Assembly: GCA_963836185.1 (NCBI GenBank)
Contig: CAWIIQ010000001.1
Coordinates: forward strand, 448,001-512,000
DNA from: Candidatus Krumholzibacteriia bacterium
Lineage (GTDB): Bacteria; Krumholzibacteriota; Krumholzibacteriia; Krumholzibacteriales; Krumholzibacteriaceae
Direction of reading: 5' to 3'
Length of the DNA stretch: 64,000 nucleotides
In this document: positions 1-10,500 of the stretch, piece after piece
How the letters are laid out: every line of letters begins with the position of its first letter
How positions within the stretch are numbered: the first letter of the stretch is position 1
The notes under the pieces: generated by a model
Database searches by the model: none
The model's input: only the letters and a program-made list of their open reading frames with translations
Told to the model about the DNA's origin: nothing
Program-made: the position numbers and the translations under genes

Positions 1-2049
1 GCCGCCCTGTTCCTGTGCCTCGCGACACTCGCCGTCATGGCTTTTCGGGCAAGGACGATATGGCTCAAGGCGATCGGCGTCATTCCCGCGATCTTCGCGA
101 TCGTGATCGCCTCGGCGGTTATCATTATCAAGGTCGACTACAGGCTCCTCCCGGAGATGAGCTACGGGTACGGCCTGAGCGCCGATGAATGGAAAGAGGA
201 CGTCAGATATTTCGCGCAGGAGTACCCGAAGAAGCATCCGAGACTATACGAGATGGTGGACAGGGAGAGATTCGAGGCCCGCGCCGCCGCGCTCGAGGAG
301 GCGATTCCGAAACTCAGCGAGAACAGCATCAAGATGGAGCTGTACAAGCTTCTCGCCCTGCCGAACGATGCGCATTCATTCCCCAACGTATTCACGCACA
401 AGCTTGACTGGCACGCCCTGCCGTTCCAGTTATGGCTCTTCGGCGACGGAGTCTACGTGCTCGACGCCGGGAGGGAGCACCGCGATTTGATCGGTGCGCG
501 CCTCGTCGAGATAGGGGACACGCCGATCACGGAGGCCTACAAGATACTCCGGCCGTACCTGGCCGCCGAGAACGAGTTCAACTGGAAGGAAAGGTTCATC
601 TACTGCATCAGCATCGTCGAGTTCCTCCAGGCCGCCGGCATAGTCGAGGATTCGCGGGCCGTTTACATGACATTCGAGACGCGCGACAAGTTGAAGCTGA
701 CGGTCGAGGTAGAGACGCACCATTACGTTCCGGTTCTGTACTGGGCGACCATAAGCACTGTCGACAACGATCTCCCGTATGTGATCTCGAATGATCGTGA
801 GGACAACTGGTGGTTCGAGTACCAGGAGGAGACAGGCACGCTCTACCTTCAGTTCAACGCCTGCCAGCGGCTGAACGGGGATGAGAATATAGATGAATTC
901 GCCGATCGTCTCGGCGAGTGGGTGGAGAAGAATGAGTTCGAGAGGTTCGTATGCGACATACGTGCAAACGGGGGTGGCGATGCCTACGTCTCGAGGCAGC
1001 TGGCCGGACTGATCAGCGGCAGCGAAAGGATCGATCGTCCCGGGAGGCTCTTTGTACTTACGAGCCGAAAGACATACTCCGCGGCCGTGATGTTCCTCTC
1101 GCTGGTCGAGAACAACACGAAAGCGGTCATCGTCGGTGAGCCGACGGGCCAGGGGCCCTTCTTCTGCGGGGGGCCGCAGTTGACGGAGCTTCCCAACTCG
1201 GGGTTGAAGCTTTTCATATCCAGCCATTACAACCAGTGCTCGCTCTTCGATGACGGGCGCGGCTGGATCATGCCCGACCTGCCGGTCGAATACACGGTGA
1301 AGGATTATCTCGAGGGGCGCGATCCGATGATGGAAGCGGTCCTCGAATACGGGACGCCGGTAGTGTCAGAACCGGGGCTCGATATATCGGAGCAGGAGAA
1401 ATATACCGGCCGATACTGCCTCAGTCCTTACCAGATCCTGACCGTGGAGACGGCGGGGGAGAGGCTCCATTTCTCGGTCGATGATTTCTTCGAGGGAAGT
1501 TACAGAAAGGTCAGCTCCGATCTTTACTTCTCCGGCGGCAACATGTTTCACACCGATATAGACGGGGTGAAGCTCTTCTTCTCCGATGGTCCGGACGGCT
1601 CAGCGGAGGGAGTCACCCTGATGTGGCGCGGGATCAACTCATATTCGGAGAGAGCGCCGGAAGGGTACATGGTGCCCATGGAACTGTTCGCCGAGGGATC
1701 GGCCGCCGAGGCGGCTGAGGCTATCTATATAAACAGGCATGTCTACCTCGCGGAGGTGCCGGACCTCGAGTCGAGGCTGAATTTCATGGGGTACGCCCTG
1801 CTCCGGGACAGGAATGACGGGCAGGCTGTGACGATATTCGAGCTCAATGTGAAGCTTTTCCCTGAGTCGGCCAACACTCACGACAGCCTCGGCGAGGCGT
1901 ACATGCTGAGCGGTAAGAGGGAGCTGGCGATAAAGAGCTACGAGCAGGCTCTCGAGCTGAATCCGGAGAGTAAAAACGCCATCGAGATGCTCGAACATCT
2001 CAGGAATGGTGAGACCTTCGACCGCGATACCGGCAAATGGACAGGCTGA
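1..2049 (+). CDS. S41-family peptidase with C-terminal TPR, membrane-anchored; 5' end runs off the window
   Basis: Frame is open from base 1 (AALFLCLATLAV-M). Hydrophobic N-terminal helices, 'DIRANGGGDA' and 'TYSAA' S41 motifs, 'VGEPTG', C-terminal TPR 'ANTHDSLGEAYMLSGKRELAIKSYEQALELNP'. Confidence 0.8.
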   Translation, partial: AALFLCLATLAVMAFRARTIWLKAIGVIPAIFAIVIASAVIIIKVDYRLLPEMSYGYGLSADEWKEDVRYFAQEYPKKHPRLYEMVDRERFEARAAALEEAIPKLSENSIKMELYKLLALPNDAHSFPNVFTHKLDWHALPFQLWLFGDGVYVLDAGREHRDLIGARLVEIGDTPITEAYKILRPYLAAENEFNWKERFIYCISIVEFLQAAGIVEDSRAVYMTFETRDKLKLTVEVETHHYVPVLYWATISTVDNDLPYVISNDREDNWWFEYQEETGTLYLQFNACQRLNGDENIDEFADRLGEWVEKNEFERFVCDIRANGGGDAYVSRQLAGLISGSERIDRPGRLFVLTSRKTYSAAVMFLSLVENNTKAVIVGEPTGQGPFFCGGPQLTELPNSGLKLFISSHYNQCSLFDDGRGWIMPDLPVEYTVKDYLEGRDPMMEAVLEYGTPVVSEPGLDISEQEKYTGRYCLSPYQILTVETAGERLHFSVDDFFEGSYRKVSSDLYFSGGNMFHTDIDGVKLFFSDGPDGSAEGVTLMWRGINSYSERAPEGYMVPMELFAEGSAAEAAEAIYINRHVYLAEVPDLESRLNFMGYALLRDRNDGQAVTIFELNVKLFPESANTHDSLGEAYMLSGKRELAIKSYEQALELNPESKNAIEMLEHLRNGETFDRDTGKWTG

Positions 2050-2118
2050 CGGGTTGTTACAGGCGGAATGCGGCATCCGCGAAAGTGTGCAAATAATTCA
2101 ATTTACGTCATTATTGCC

Positions 2119-2146
2119 TTGCTATTGGCCTGATTAGTGCTATCTT
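2119..2146 (+). promoter_or_regulatory. Putative sigma70 promoter of the RRM gene
   Basis: TTGCTA-16 nt-TATCTT with TG extension, in an AT-rich intergenic stretch about 170 nt upstream of the ATG. Confidence 0.35.
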
Positions 2147-2314
2147 GAGCCGTGACAGAAAGATTTGGGAGCGAAGCTACAAAGCAATACAGATAGTGAC
2201 GGTAGACAGAACCTGCCTTTTAGATCTTCTCGATTATCGGCTTTACTTGATTCCTCACCAAAAAAACTGTACGTGGTACTTTTACTCATTCGAGACCATA
2301 TTTAGGAGGTCAAG

Positions 2315-2599
2315 ATGAAGCTTTACGTAGGAAACCTTTCGTTTGATACAGGTGAGAGCGATCTTCGCTCCGCTTTCGAGGCTCACGGCACCGTGGACTC
2401 AGTAGCAGTAGTCTCCGACAAGTACACCGGCCGCTCAAGGGGCTTCGGTTTTGTCGAGATGAACAACGCTGAAGAGGCCAAGGTCGCCATGGCCGAGCTC
2501 AACGAGAAGGAACTCGACGGCCGCAAGCTGAACGTCAACGAAGCACGTCCCCGCGAAGACAATCGTGGCGGCGGCGGTGGCGGACGCGACAGGTACTAA
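2315..2599 (+). CDS. RNA-binding protein (single RRM, Gly-rich tail; bacterial Rbp type)
   Basis: RNP2 'LYVGNL', RNP1 'RGFGFVEM', 'VNEARPRE', GGGGGG tail; AGGAGG RBS. Confidence 0.95.
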   Translation: MKLYVGNLSFDTGESDLRSAFEAHGTVDSVAVVSDKYTGRSRGFGFVEMNNAEEAKVAMAELNEKELDGRKLNVNEARPREDNRGGGGGGRDRY

Positions 2600-2667
2600 G
2601 CGACCTGATCGCTGAATGAGATCTATACGGGCTGCAGGCAGGGAGCCCGGATGATCGATAAATCGAG

Positions 2668-2694
2668 AGGGAGCCGGATTCCGGCTCCCTTTTT
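2668..2694 (+). terminator. Rho-independent terminator
   Basis: AGGGAGCCGG-att-CCGGCTCCCT perfect 10-bp stem followed by a T run. Confidence 0.85.
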
Positions 2695-2749
2695 CTGTTC
2701 CAGGCCCTGCAGCGACAACCCTTTATACCAATTAAGAATGATTATAAGC

Positions 2750-2778
2750 TTGTTTTGTCCCACCGGATAGTGTATAAT
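2750..2778 (+). promoter_or_regulatory. Putative sigma70 promoter of the M6 protease gene
   Basis: TTGTTT-17 nt-TATAAT. Confidence 0.45.
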
Positions 2779-2976
2779 AACTTAGTAATCAGCCTGGTAT
2801 TACTGCCGGGCATTTGCATCTCTGGAGTTCTTTACAGTTTTTTGTTTTCCGGTGTCCCCGCCAACGTTTCTGGAATCTCGCAAACAGACAATTCAGGGTC
2901 GAAGAAGAACAACTGAGGATCGCATCGTACTTTGACGATTTTCACGTATCTGCAGCGGATATGAAGGAGTTTATTT

Positions 2977-5900
2977 ATGCGCACGGAGAATACTCGCTCC
3001 CGCAATCTCGCAAACACAAGCGCGCGGACCCGGATCCTTGACTGGAAGACAGACATCATCGTTATGATTGGCGCGGTGATGCTTCTTGCCGCCGTCCTGA
3101 TGCTCACATCGGGCACGGCCTGGGGAATAAGCGCCTCGCCAGACCCGGTGCTGGTAAAACAGCCAGACGGCTCATCGATCACCCTCTTCCTTAAAGGGGA
3201 CGAGTATTTCCACTGGAACGAGGACGAGACGGGATTCCCGGTCATGCGCTCGGCCGACGGCAGGTCCTGGGTATACGCGATAGAGCAGCTCGGGCAGCTC
3301 GCCCCTACCGGCGTCATGGCCGGAAGCGTCAATCCGCTGCTTGCCGGGCTCCCGAGGCCCGATATCCAGCGGATCCGCACCGAGGCGCTGAAGAGCTCCC
3401 GGCCGATGCTCGAGTCGGACCAGGAGATCCTCAAGGCGCCGGCTGCGGCGACGATGTACAACCTCGTCGTGCTGGTGAACTTCTCCGATCTCGCTATAAC
3501 GAGCACCACGCAGGAATTCGACGACCTGTTCAACGAGGTCGGTCACACGGCCGACGGCGCGACAGGTTCGGTGAAGGACTACTATGACGAGGTCTCCTAC
3601 AACCAGCTCGACGTCGTGTCGGTCGTAGAGGATCCCGTTACGATAAGCCAGGGGTACGCGTACTACGGCGCCAACTCGGGTGGCTTCGACATCAGGCCCC
3701 GCGAGATGGTCGCCGAAGCGCTCGCCGCCCTCAATGCGCGCGGCTTCGATTTCAGCACGGTCGACGGCGACGGCGATGGATGGATAGACGGCCTGACCGT
3801 CATCCACGCCGGCGGCGGAGAGGAATACTCAGGCAACGATCCCGACTATATCTGGTCGCATCAGTGGGCTCTGGCGACCACGGCAATATATGACGGCACG
3901 CGGATGCGTCCGTACCACACCGAGCCGGCCCGCCGCGGGTATGATTCCAGCCCGTCCACGTGGGGTATCACGAGGATCGGCGTCATCTGCCACGAGACGG
4001 GTCATTTCCTCGGCCTTCCCGATTTTTACGATTACGGGTACGACAGCCGCGGCGCCGGTAACTTCTGCCTGATGGCGGGAGGCTCCTGGGGCAACGGCGG
4101 GATCACACCGGTCCACATGAACGGGGTCTGCAAGTACTGGCTCGGCTGGGTAACGCCGACCGAGATAACAGGAAGCGGCTCGTACGCGCTCTCGCAGACC
4201 GAGACAACCCAGGACATGTATCTCATGCAGGGCCCGTTCGCGAGCACCGAGTACTTCATTGTCGAAAACAGACAGGGTGTCGGATTCGACGTCTCGCTCC
4301 CCGGCAGCGAGCGCGGCATCCTCATCTGGCACGTCGACGAGACGATCAGTAACAATGACGACCAGACACATTACCAGTGCGACCTCGAAGAGGCGAGCGG
4401 CACTCAGCATCTCGAACTCGACATTAATGGGGGAGATGACGCAGATTACTTCAGGGCCGGCAACCTGGCCGAGTTCACCAGTCTTACGACTCCGAACAAC
4501 CTCGCGTATGACAATACGCCGCTCGGAATCGACATCCAGCTGGTAAGTGCGTCAGGCCCCCTGATGTCGTTTATCGTCAACGGGATGGCGGTCGAAGTGA
4601 CGGCTCCGGTCCCGGCCGAGACCGTCGACGTAGATGATGTCTACCGGGTCGCATGGACGGTTACCGGCGATACGCCTGACTCGGTGAGCGTCCTGCTCAG
4701 CATCGACAGCGGGACGACATATCCCGATACGATCGCGACGGGTATCTCAGTGGTCAACTACTACGACTGGACCGTCCCGAACCTTCCCGTCCCCACGGCG
4801 CGCATCAAGGTGATCGCCTATTCGGGCGGCGCTGTCGCCGGGTACGGCGAGATGGAAGGCGACTTCACGATCAGCGGCGCTCCCTACAGGTATGTATCGA
4901 CGGCCGGCGGGAACATCTATCCATATTCGCTTCCCGCATGGGCGGCGCACACTATACAGGACGCGCTTGATGCGTCTGTCGACGGTGACTCGATCATGGT
5001 CGCGGGCGATACCTATCTCACATCGATCAGCGTTCACAATGACGTATACCTGATGGGTGGATGGGATGCAGGTTTCACCGTCCGTGATCCCGAAACGAAC
5101 GTAACGACGATCCAGCATAATGGCAGCGTCGTATCATTCCTGACGATTCCGTCAGGTTCGCCCGGGATCGAGGGATTCACGATAACTGGCGGCTCGGGGA
5201 CATCGACCCTGCTGCCCGGCAGCGGGATCTACGGCGGCGGCGTCTTCGTCTACAGCTCGCCGGCGATCATAAAGAACAACATCATCACTTCAAACGGATA
5301 CACGAGCACGACCGGCTACAGCGCCGGCGGCGGGATCGCCTGCTACAACGGGACCGTCACGATAGAGGGGAACGAGATCACAGGCTGCGTCGCCCAGAGC
5401 GGCGGAGGCATCTATCTCTACCAGGCGACGGCGGCTATAACGGGGAACACGATCTCCGGCGCGTCGCCCAACGCCTCGTTCACCGGCGTGAGGAACGGCG
5501 GCGGGATCTACGCGCTGCATTCCGACATCACGATGTCGGGGAACGTGATATCCGGCAACACCGGTTATGTCAACGGCGGCGGGATCTACGCCGGCCTGAC
5601 ACCCGTCACGGCGGCGGACGACTCGATATACGGTAACGACGTCACGAGCACCGGCGGAGGCGTCTACGCGGAGCACTCGGCGCTTTCGATAACGCGCGGC
5701 TTTGTCCAGGGCAATACCGCCACGTCTACCGGCGGAGGCATATACTGCAATGCGGACCAGTTTATTCTCCATAATTCTGTCGTGGCGCAGAACGGCGCCG
5801 GCACGATCGGTGGCGGAGTCTATGCCGACAGCACGTGGGGCGCCTGGTACAACAACACGGTCGACCGCAACACGTCTGGCATTACTGGCGGAAACGCTTT

Positions 5901-7125
5901 CCTCTCGCCTGCCGCGGCGACTGATGTGCGAAACAACATCTTCTCGTACGGCGGCACGAACGGTTTCGCCGCTGCGACCGATGTCGGCCTCACATACCAG
6001 TACAACAATGCTTTCGGGAACTCCGGCAGCGATGTGGTAAATATCGTTCCCGACGTTACGAACATAAGCCGCGACCCGGCGTACGCCGACACGGCATCTC
6101 TTGATTATTATCTCGCGCTCCATTCGGGGAGCATCGATACGGGCGATCCGCTCGGGCTCGATCCCGACGGCTCGAGGGTAGACCAGGGCGCCTTCGGCAA
6201 CCCTGACGCCCTGTTCGCGGCGCCTGCTTATGTCCAGAACCTCGTTGCCGTGGTAACGAACGACACGACGATCACGATCTCGTGGGACGGCCGCACGCCG
6301 GTCGGCGGCGACTACTACGCGATATACTCCGAGGGGACATCGGGGTTCGCTCCGGCCGAGTCGAACTTCATCGGTACGGTCGGCGCCTCGATCAACGTGT
6401 TCCAGCATCACCCGGTGGCGGGATGCCATTACTATCGCGTAAGCTACATCGACGGCGCGGGCTACATGAGCGGGTACTCGAACGAGTCCGGCGAATGCAC
6501 TGCCGGGCCCGACCTCGTGGCCCCGGTGGTGACGGTCACATACCCGAACGGCGGCGAGGCCTTCGAGCCGGGTGACCCGATCGAGATCCAGTGGGTCGCG
6601 ACCGACAACAACAATGTCGACTCGGTGAGCATCTTCTACTCGGAGAACGCCGGCGGAGCCTTCACCCTTATCGCCTCGAGCGAGCCGAACGATTCGAGCT
6701 ACGCGTGGATAGCCCCCGACATATCGAGCGATTCGTGCCTCGTGAGGGTAGTTGCTTACGATCCGTCCCTTCTTACGGGAGAGGATGTCAGCGACGCGAT
6801 ATTCACGATCAAGATCGTCTCGACCGATGGCGAGCTGCCGGCAGTCACGTGGGCGCTCTCGCAGAACTTCCCCAACCCGTTCAACCCGACGACGACGATC
6901 CATTACGACGTCAAGGCGGGGGGCGGGCAGGTCAGCCTGCGGGTATTCGACGTCTCGGGGCGTGTAGTGCGTACCCTCGTCGACGGCAGCCAGACAGAGG
7001 GCAGCAAGTCGGTCACCTGGAACGGCACGAACGACCGCGGACAGCGTGTCGCGAGCGGGATCTACTTCTACCGGATGATCGCACCGGACTTCACCGAGAC
7101 GAAGAAGATGGTGCTTCTGAGATAA
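2977..7125 (+). CDS. Secreted M6-family (immune inhibitor A-like) metalloprotease with beta-helix, FN3/Ig domains and FlgD-Ig/T9SS-type CTD
   Basis: Signal peptide; 'QPDGS..L.GDE' propeptide; 'GSVKDYYDEVSY', 'IWSHQW'; zinc motif 'CHETGHFLGLPDFYD'; 'CLMAGGSW', 'EYFIVENRQ'; repeated GGGIY beta-helix motifs; 'QNFPNPFNP...KKMVLLR' CTD. Confidence 0.9.
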   Translation: MRTENTRSRNLANTSARTRILDWKTDIIVMIGAVMLLAAVLMLTSGTAWGISASPDPVLVKQPDGSSITLFLKGDEYFHWNEDETGFPVMRSADGRSWVYAIEQLGQLAPTGVMAGSVNPLLAGLPRPDIQRIRTEALKSSRPMLESDQEILKAPAAATMYNLVVLVNFSDLAITSTTQEFDDLFNEVGHTADGATGSVKDYYDEVSYNQLDVVSVVEDPVTISQGYAYYGANSGGFDIRPREMVAEALAALNARGFDFSTVDGDGDGWIDGLTVIHAGGGEEYSGNDPDYIWSHQWALATTAIYDGTRMRPYHTEPARRGYDSSPSTWGITRIGVICHETGHFLGLPDFYDYGYDSRGAGNFCLMAGGSWGNGGITPVHMNGVCKYWLGWVTPTEITGSGSYALSQTETTQDMYLMQGPFASTEYFIVENRQGVGFDVSLPGSERGILIWHVDETISNNDDQTHYQCDLEEASGTQHLELDINGGDDADYFRAGNLAEFTSLTTPNNLAYDNTPLGIDIQLVSASGPLMSFIVNGMAVEVTAPVPAETVDVDDVYRVAWTVTGDTPDSVSVLLSIDSGTTYPDTIATGISVVNYYDWTVPNLPVPTARIKVIAYSGGAVAGYGEMEGDFTISGAPYRYVSTAGGNIYPYSLPAWAAHTIQDALDASVDGDSIMVAGDTYLTSISVHNDVYLMGGWDAGFTVRDPETNVTTIQHNGSVVSFLTIPSGSPGIEGFTITGGSGTSTLLPGSGIYGGGVFVYSSPAIIKNNIITSNGYTSTTGYSAGGGIACYNGTVTIEGNEITGCVAQSGGGIYLYQATAAITGNTISGASPNASFTGVRNGGGIYALHSDITMSGNVISGNTGYVNGGGIYAGLTPVTAADDSIYGNDVTSTGGGVYAEHSALSITRGFVQGNTATSTGGGIYCNADQFILHNSVVAQNGAGTIGGGVYADSTWGAWYNNTVDRNTSGITGGNAFLSPAAATDVRNNIFSYGGTNGFAAATDVGLTYQYNNAFGNSGSDVVNIVPDVTNISRDPAYADTASLDYYLALHSGSIDTGDPLGLDPDGSRVDQGAFGNPDALFAAPAYVQNLVAVVTNDTTITISWDGRTPVGGDYYAIYSEGTSGFAPAESNFIGTVGASINVFQHHPVAGCHYYRVSYIDGAGYMSGYSNESGECTAGPDLVAPVVTVTYPNGGEAFEPGDPIEIQWVATDNNNVDSVSIFYSENAGGAFTLIASSEPNDSSYAWIAPDISSDSCLVRVVAYDPSLLTGEDVSDAIFTIKIVSTDGELPAVTWALSQNFPNPFNPTTTIHYDVKAGGGQVSLRVFDVSGRVVRTLVDGSQTEGSKSVTWNGTNDRGQRVASGIYFYRMIAPDFTETKKMVLLR

Positions 7126-7156
7126 GTCGAAAGGTTGAAATACCGATTATCAGTAC

Positions 7157-7189
7157 GGGGGGCGGTCGATTCGATCGTCCCCCTTTTTT
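7157..7189 (+). terminator. Rho-independent terminator
   Basis: GGGGGCGGTCG...CGATCGTCCCCC stem (with G-U pairs) followed by TTTTTT. Confidence 0.8.
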
Positions 7190-7264
7190 GTGTGAGTGAG
7201 CCTCTATAAACAGGTACGAGGATACCTGAATAATTCTTCTAATCTGTTGTGATATAAACATTTG

Positions 7265-7294
7265 TTGACATTGGTCCAGTGGTTGTGATATAGT
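7265..7294 (+). promoter_or_regulatory. Putative sigma70 promoter of giant protein 1
   Basis: TTGACA-18 nt-TATAGT with extended -10 TG; the same architecture recurs upstream of the paralog at 19528-19557. Confidence 0.6.
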
Positions 7295-7324
7295 GCTGGC
7301 GCAAAGGGTTAAATGGTAACCTTG

Positions 7325-7354
7325 GTGTCTCGCAGTGTCTCGCGGTGTCTGGCA
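7325..7354 (+). repeat. Three tandem 10-bp direct repeats in the 5' leader
   Basis: GTGTCTCGCA / GTGTCTCGCG / GTGTCTGGCA. Confidence 0.7.
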
Positions 7355-7505
7355 ACACCGGCCCGGGTTCGCGTTCGAGGGGTATTTCAATCAATTCGAT
7401 CATTCGGCTGTTCAGCAGTAGTACGAGTTGTATCTGTACGTCTGCACATTTCATAGATCTTTCCTCTGAAAAAACAATTAACTCCAACCCTGTCAGGAGT
7501 ACGTC

Positions 7506-10500
7506 ATGTCGTTGAGCCTGCCTGTTACCGGTAAAGTCCGTGGTCTGTCGTTTACAGCAGTGGTCGTCCTGATCGCTGCTTTTTTTATGTCATCGGCGAT
7601 GCCCGGTGAGCTTTCAGCTGCCGATGCTGAAGGTCGTCAGGCGTACAGCGTCGACGTCAGCGGCGACCTCGCCGTTGTCGGCGCGAGTTGGGAGGACGGC
7701 TACAGCGGAGCTGCGTATGTGCTGCGTCGAGGCGGCGACGGCTGGGCCGTCGAGCAGCGGCTCGTCCCCTCCGACCTCGGCCCGTACGACCACTTCGGCG
7801 GCTCGGTCTCGATAGACGGCGACAGGATCACAGTCACCTCGCCATGGCACGACCTGCAGCGCGGGGCGTCGTACGTATTCCGCAAGGATGGCAACAGCTG
7901 GGTACAGGACCGCAAGATTTCAGCGGGCAGGGAAGCGGTGGCCGGCAAGCTCGCGGAGAACATGCTCCTCTGCAGGCGGTCTGCCGCAGGAGGAGTCACT
8001 GCCTGCCGGCGCCCTGGAACTGATCGATGCCCTCGAGAGTGAAACGGGCTCGACTCCGCCTCTGATGGCCCCTGCGGCGCTCGAAGCACCGGAGTGGGTC
8101 TCCGCGACCGACAACACATACGAGGACCGGGTAGAGATAACCTGGGAGAACACGGGGCAGGAAGCGATACTCTACAAGGTCTTTCGAAACGATACGCTTC
8201 TCTCATTCGTGTCTCGCGATAAATCTTACTACGCGGACAGGACTGTCACTATCGGTACGACAGCGCAGTACTGTGTGGCCGTGACCGACATGGCTGCCGA
8301 AGAGACGACGCCGGTCTGCGACGACGGCACCCGCGTCATCGCCCCTCCCGAATCCTTCACGGCTTCCGACGGGCAGTTCATAGACGGGGTCCACCTTTCA
8401 TGGATAGACATGTCGTCGATAAACGACGGCTACATCATATACCGGGATAACGTGCCGATAGATTCCACGGGGGCGAACGCGACCTCCTACATCGATACTG
8501 ACGCCGAGCCGGGGCCTTTTCCGATCCCGGTAAACAACTACAAGATCTCAGCCTATGTCGACGGGGGGTACGAATCGGCCGCAGCGGTTGAAACAGGCTG
8601 GCGCGGAGTGATACTGCCGCCTCAGAACGTGACAGCGTCTGACGGCCAGTACAGCGACAGGGTCCACGTATCATGGCTCGAGCAGGCCGACGACGCGACC
8701 GGCTACAAGATCTACCGCAATGGTGTATGGCTTGAGTCAGCCGTGATCGCCGTGGGAGTAGAGACGTTCATCGATTCCACGATAGTGCCTGGCTTTTCGA
8801 AGGAGTACTGCGTCACAGCGATCGGCGCCGGCGACATCGAATCTATCCGTATCTGCGATACCGGCAGCGCCGGTCTCGCGGCGCCGGGCAGCGTCAGCGC
8901 GAGCGACTCGACATATGACGACCGCGTGCAGGTCACATGGGAGGACCTCTCCGGCTTCGAGGACGGGTACGAGATCATCCGTGATACATATGTGGCAAGC
9001 GCCATGGAAAAGAACACTACAAGACCTGTCGTGACCGCATCGGCCGCCAGCGACACGCTCGGAACAGTCGGCGCCGGGGTGGAGATATTTGATGACATGA
9101 CCGCCGAGCCGGGCGTCACGTACGTCTATTACGTGCGAGCGTTCAGCGCCGAGGGCGGGTTCTCCCCGACCGGCGAGGATTTCGGATACAGGAGTGTCGT
9201 CCTGGCGCCTACCGGTGTGCAGGCCACTGACGGTGACTACGAGGCACGCACCTACATCACGTGGGAAAGTACCTCGAAGACGGCTGTCGCGTTCATGGTA
9301 TTCCGTAACGGGACTCTGATCGACTCGGTCGACAAGGCCCAGAAGTACTACAACGACACCGGCGGCCTGGCCGGCCAGGAATACGATTACAGCGTCAAGG
9401 CAGTCACGCGATGGGGGTGACCAGCGCCGGTGTGTGGGACGCGGGTTACCGCGAACTGCTCAGCCCATCACCTGTTTCAGCCGGCGACAACGCGTTCGAG
9501 GACAGGACCGTTATCAACTGGGCCGACAACAGCGCGGTGGAAGACGGGTACAGGGTATATCGCAGGGCGGCAGATGAGCCTGGACCCCTTCTGGGAGATT
9601 TCAACACGACAGGCGTTGCCAGGGATGTGGCCATCTCAGGTGATTACGCCTTCGTGGCGGATAATTATTCGGGCCTTCATGTGATAGACATCAGCGACCC
9701 CTCAGTGCCCGATTCAGTGGGGAGCTATGATACGCCGGGTTCTGCCTATGGCGTGGCCATCTCGGGTGATTACGCCTTCGTGGCGGACGATTCTTCAGGC
9801 CTTCATGTGATAGATATCAGCGATCCAGCAAATCCCCTGCTTGCCGGGAGCTACGATACCCCGGGCCGCGCCATGGGGGTTGTTGTCGCTGGTAACTACG
9901 CCTATGTAGCGGATTACCTTTCCGGCCTGCAGATCATAGACATCAGCGATCCCACAACGCTAACGCTCGCGGGGAACTACGATACGCCGAGCAACGCTCA
10001 CGGTGTTGCCATCTCGGGTGATTACGCCTACGTAGCAGATTATAATGCAGGCCTGCTGGTGCTGGACATCAGCGATCCGGTAGCGCCCGTGTTGGTGGGG
10101 AGCTACGATACGCCGGGCCCGGCCTGGGGAGTGACCATCTCGGGTAATCATGCTTTCGTAGTGGACCACACTTCCGGTTTTCATGTGATAGACATCAGCG
10201 ATCCGACAGCACCAGAATTAACGGGGAGCTACGATACCCCGGGCACTGCCTTGGGTGTCGCCATCTCTGGTGATTACGCCTACGTAGCGGATGGTTCGCC
10301 AGGTCTTCAGGTGATCGACATCAGCGATCCCACGAAACTCACGTTATCGTGGAGTTATGATACTCCGGGCTACGCCGAGAATATAGCGATTTTCGGAAGT
10401 ATAGCCTGCGTGGCGGACGGGGCTTCAGGGCTTCAGGTAATCGGTATAAATGGTGAACTGCTCGAAACGACCGATCCCAACCGCACATCGTTCGTCGATA

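Noticed and set aside
5290-6903. 537-aa minus-strand ORF and similar long antisense ORFs (38924-40282, 48952-49899, 56088-57071, 24093-25130)
   Set aside because: They lie opposite well-supported genes, are Arg/Val-rich with no motifs, and are typical shadow frames of high-GC coding DNA.
7295-7360. Possible c-di-GMP riboswitch (GCAAA plus hairpin) in the giant 1 leader
   Set aside because: The GGCAAAC/GAAA/GACGCAAAG arrangement is not present and this segment is not conserved in the paralog leader.
9411-9420. Treating 7506, 7888, 9411 and 18149 as four separate genes, or as programmed frameshifts
   Set aside because: The breaks fall inside domains or linkers that are continuous in the paralog, the downstream pieces lack signal peptides, and no slippery heptamer with a stimulatory structure is evident.
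9591-10445. Regularly spaced DNA repeats that could suggest a CRISPR array
   Set aside because: The 126-bp period is in frame and encodes LVIVD protein repeats; there are no unique spacers and no cas genes.
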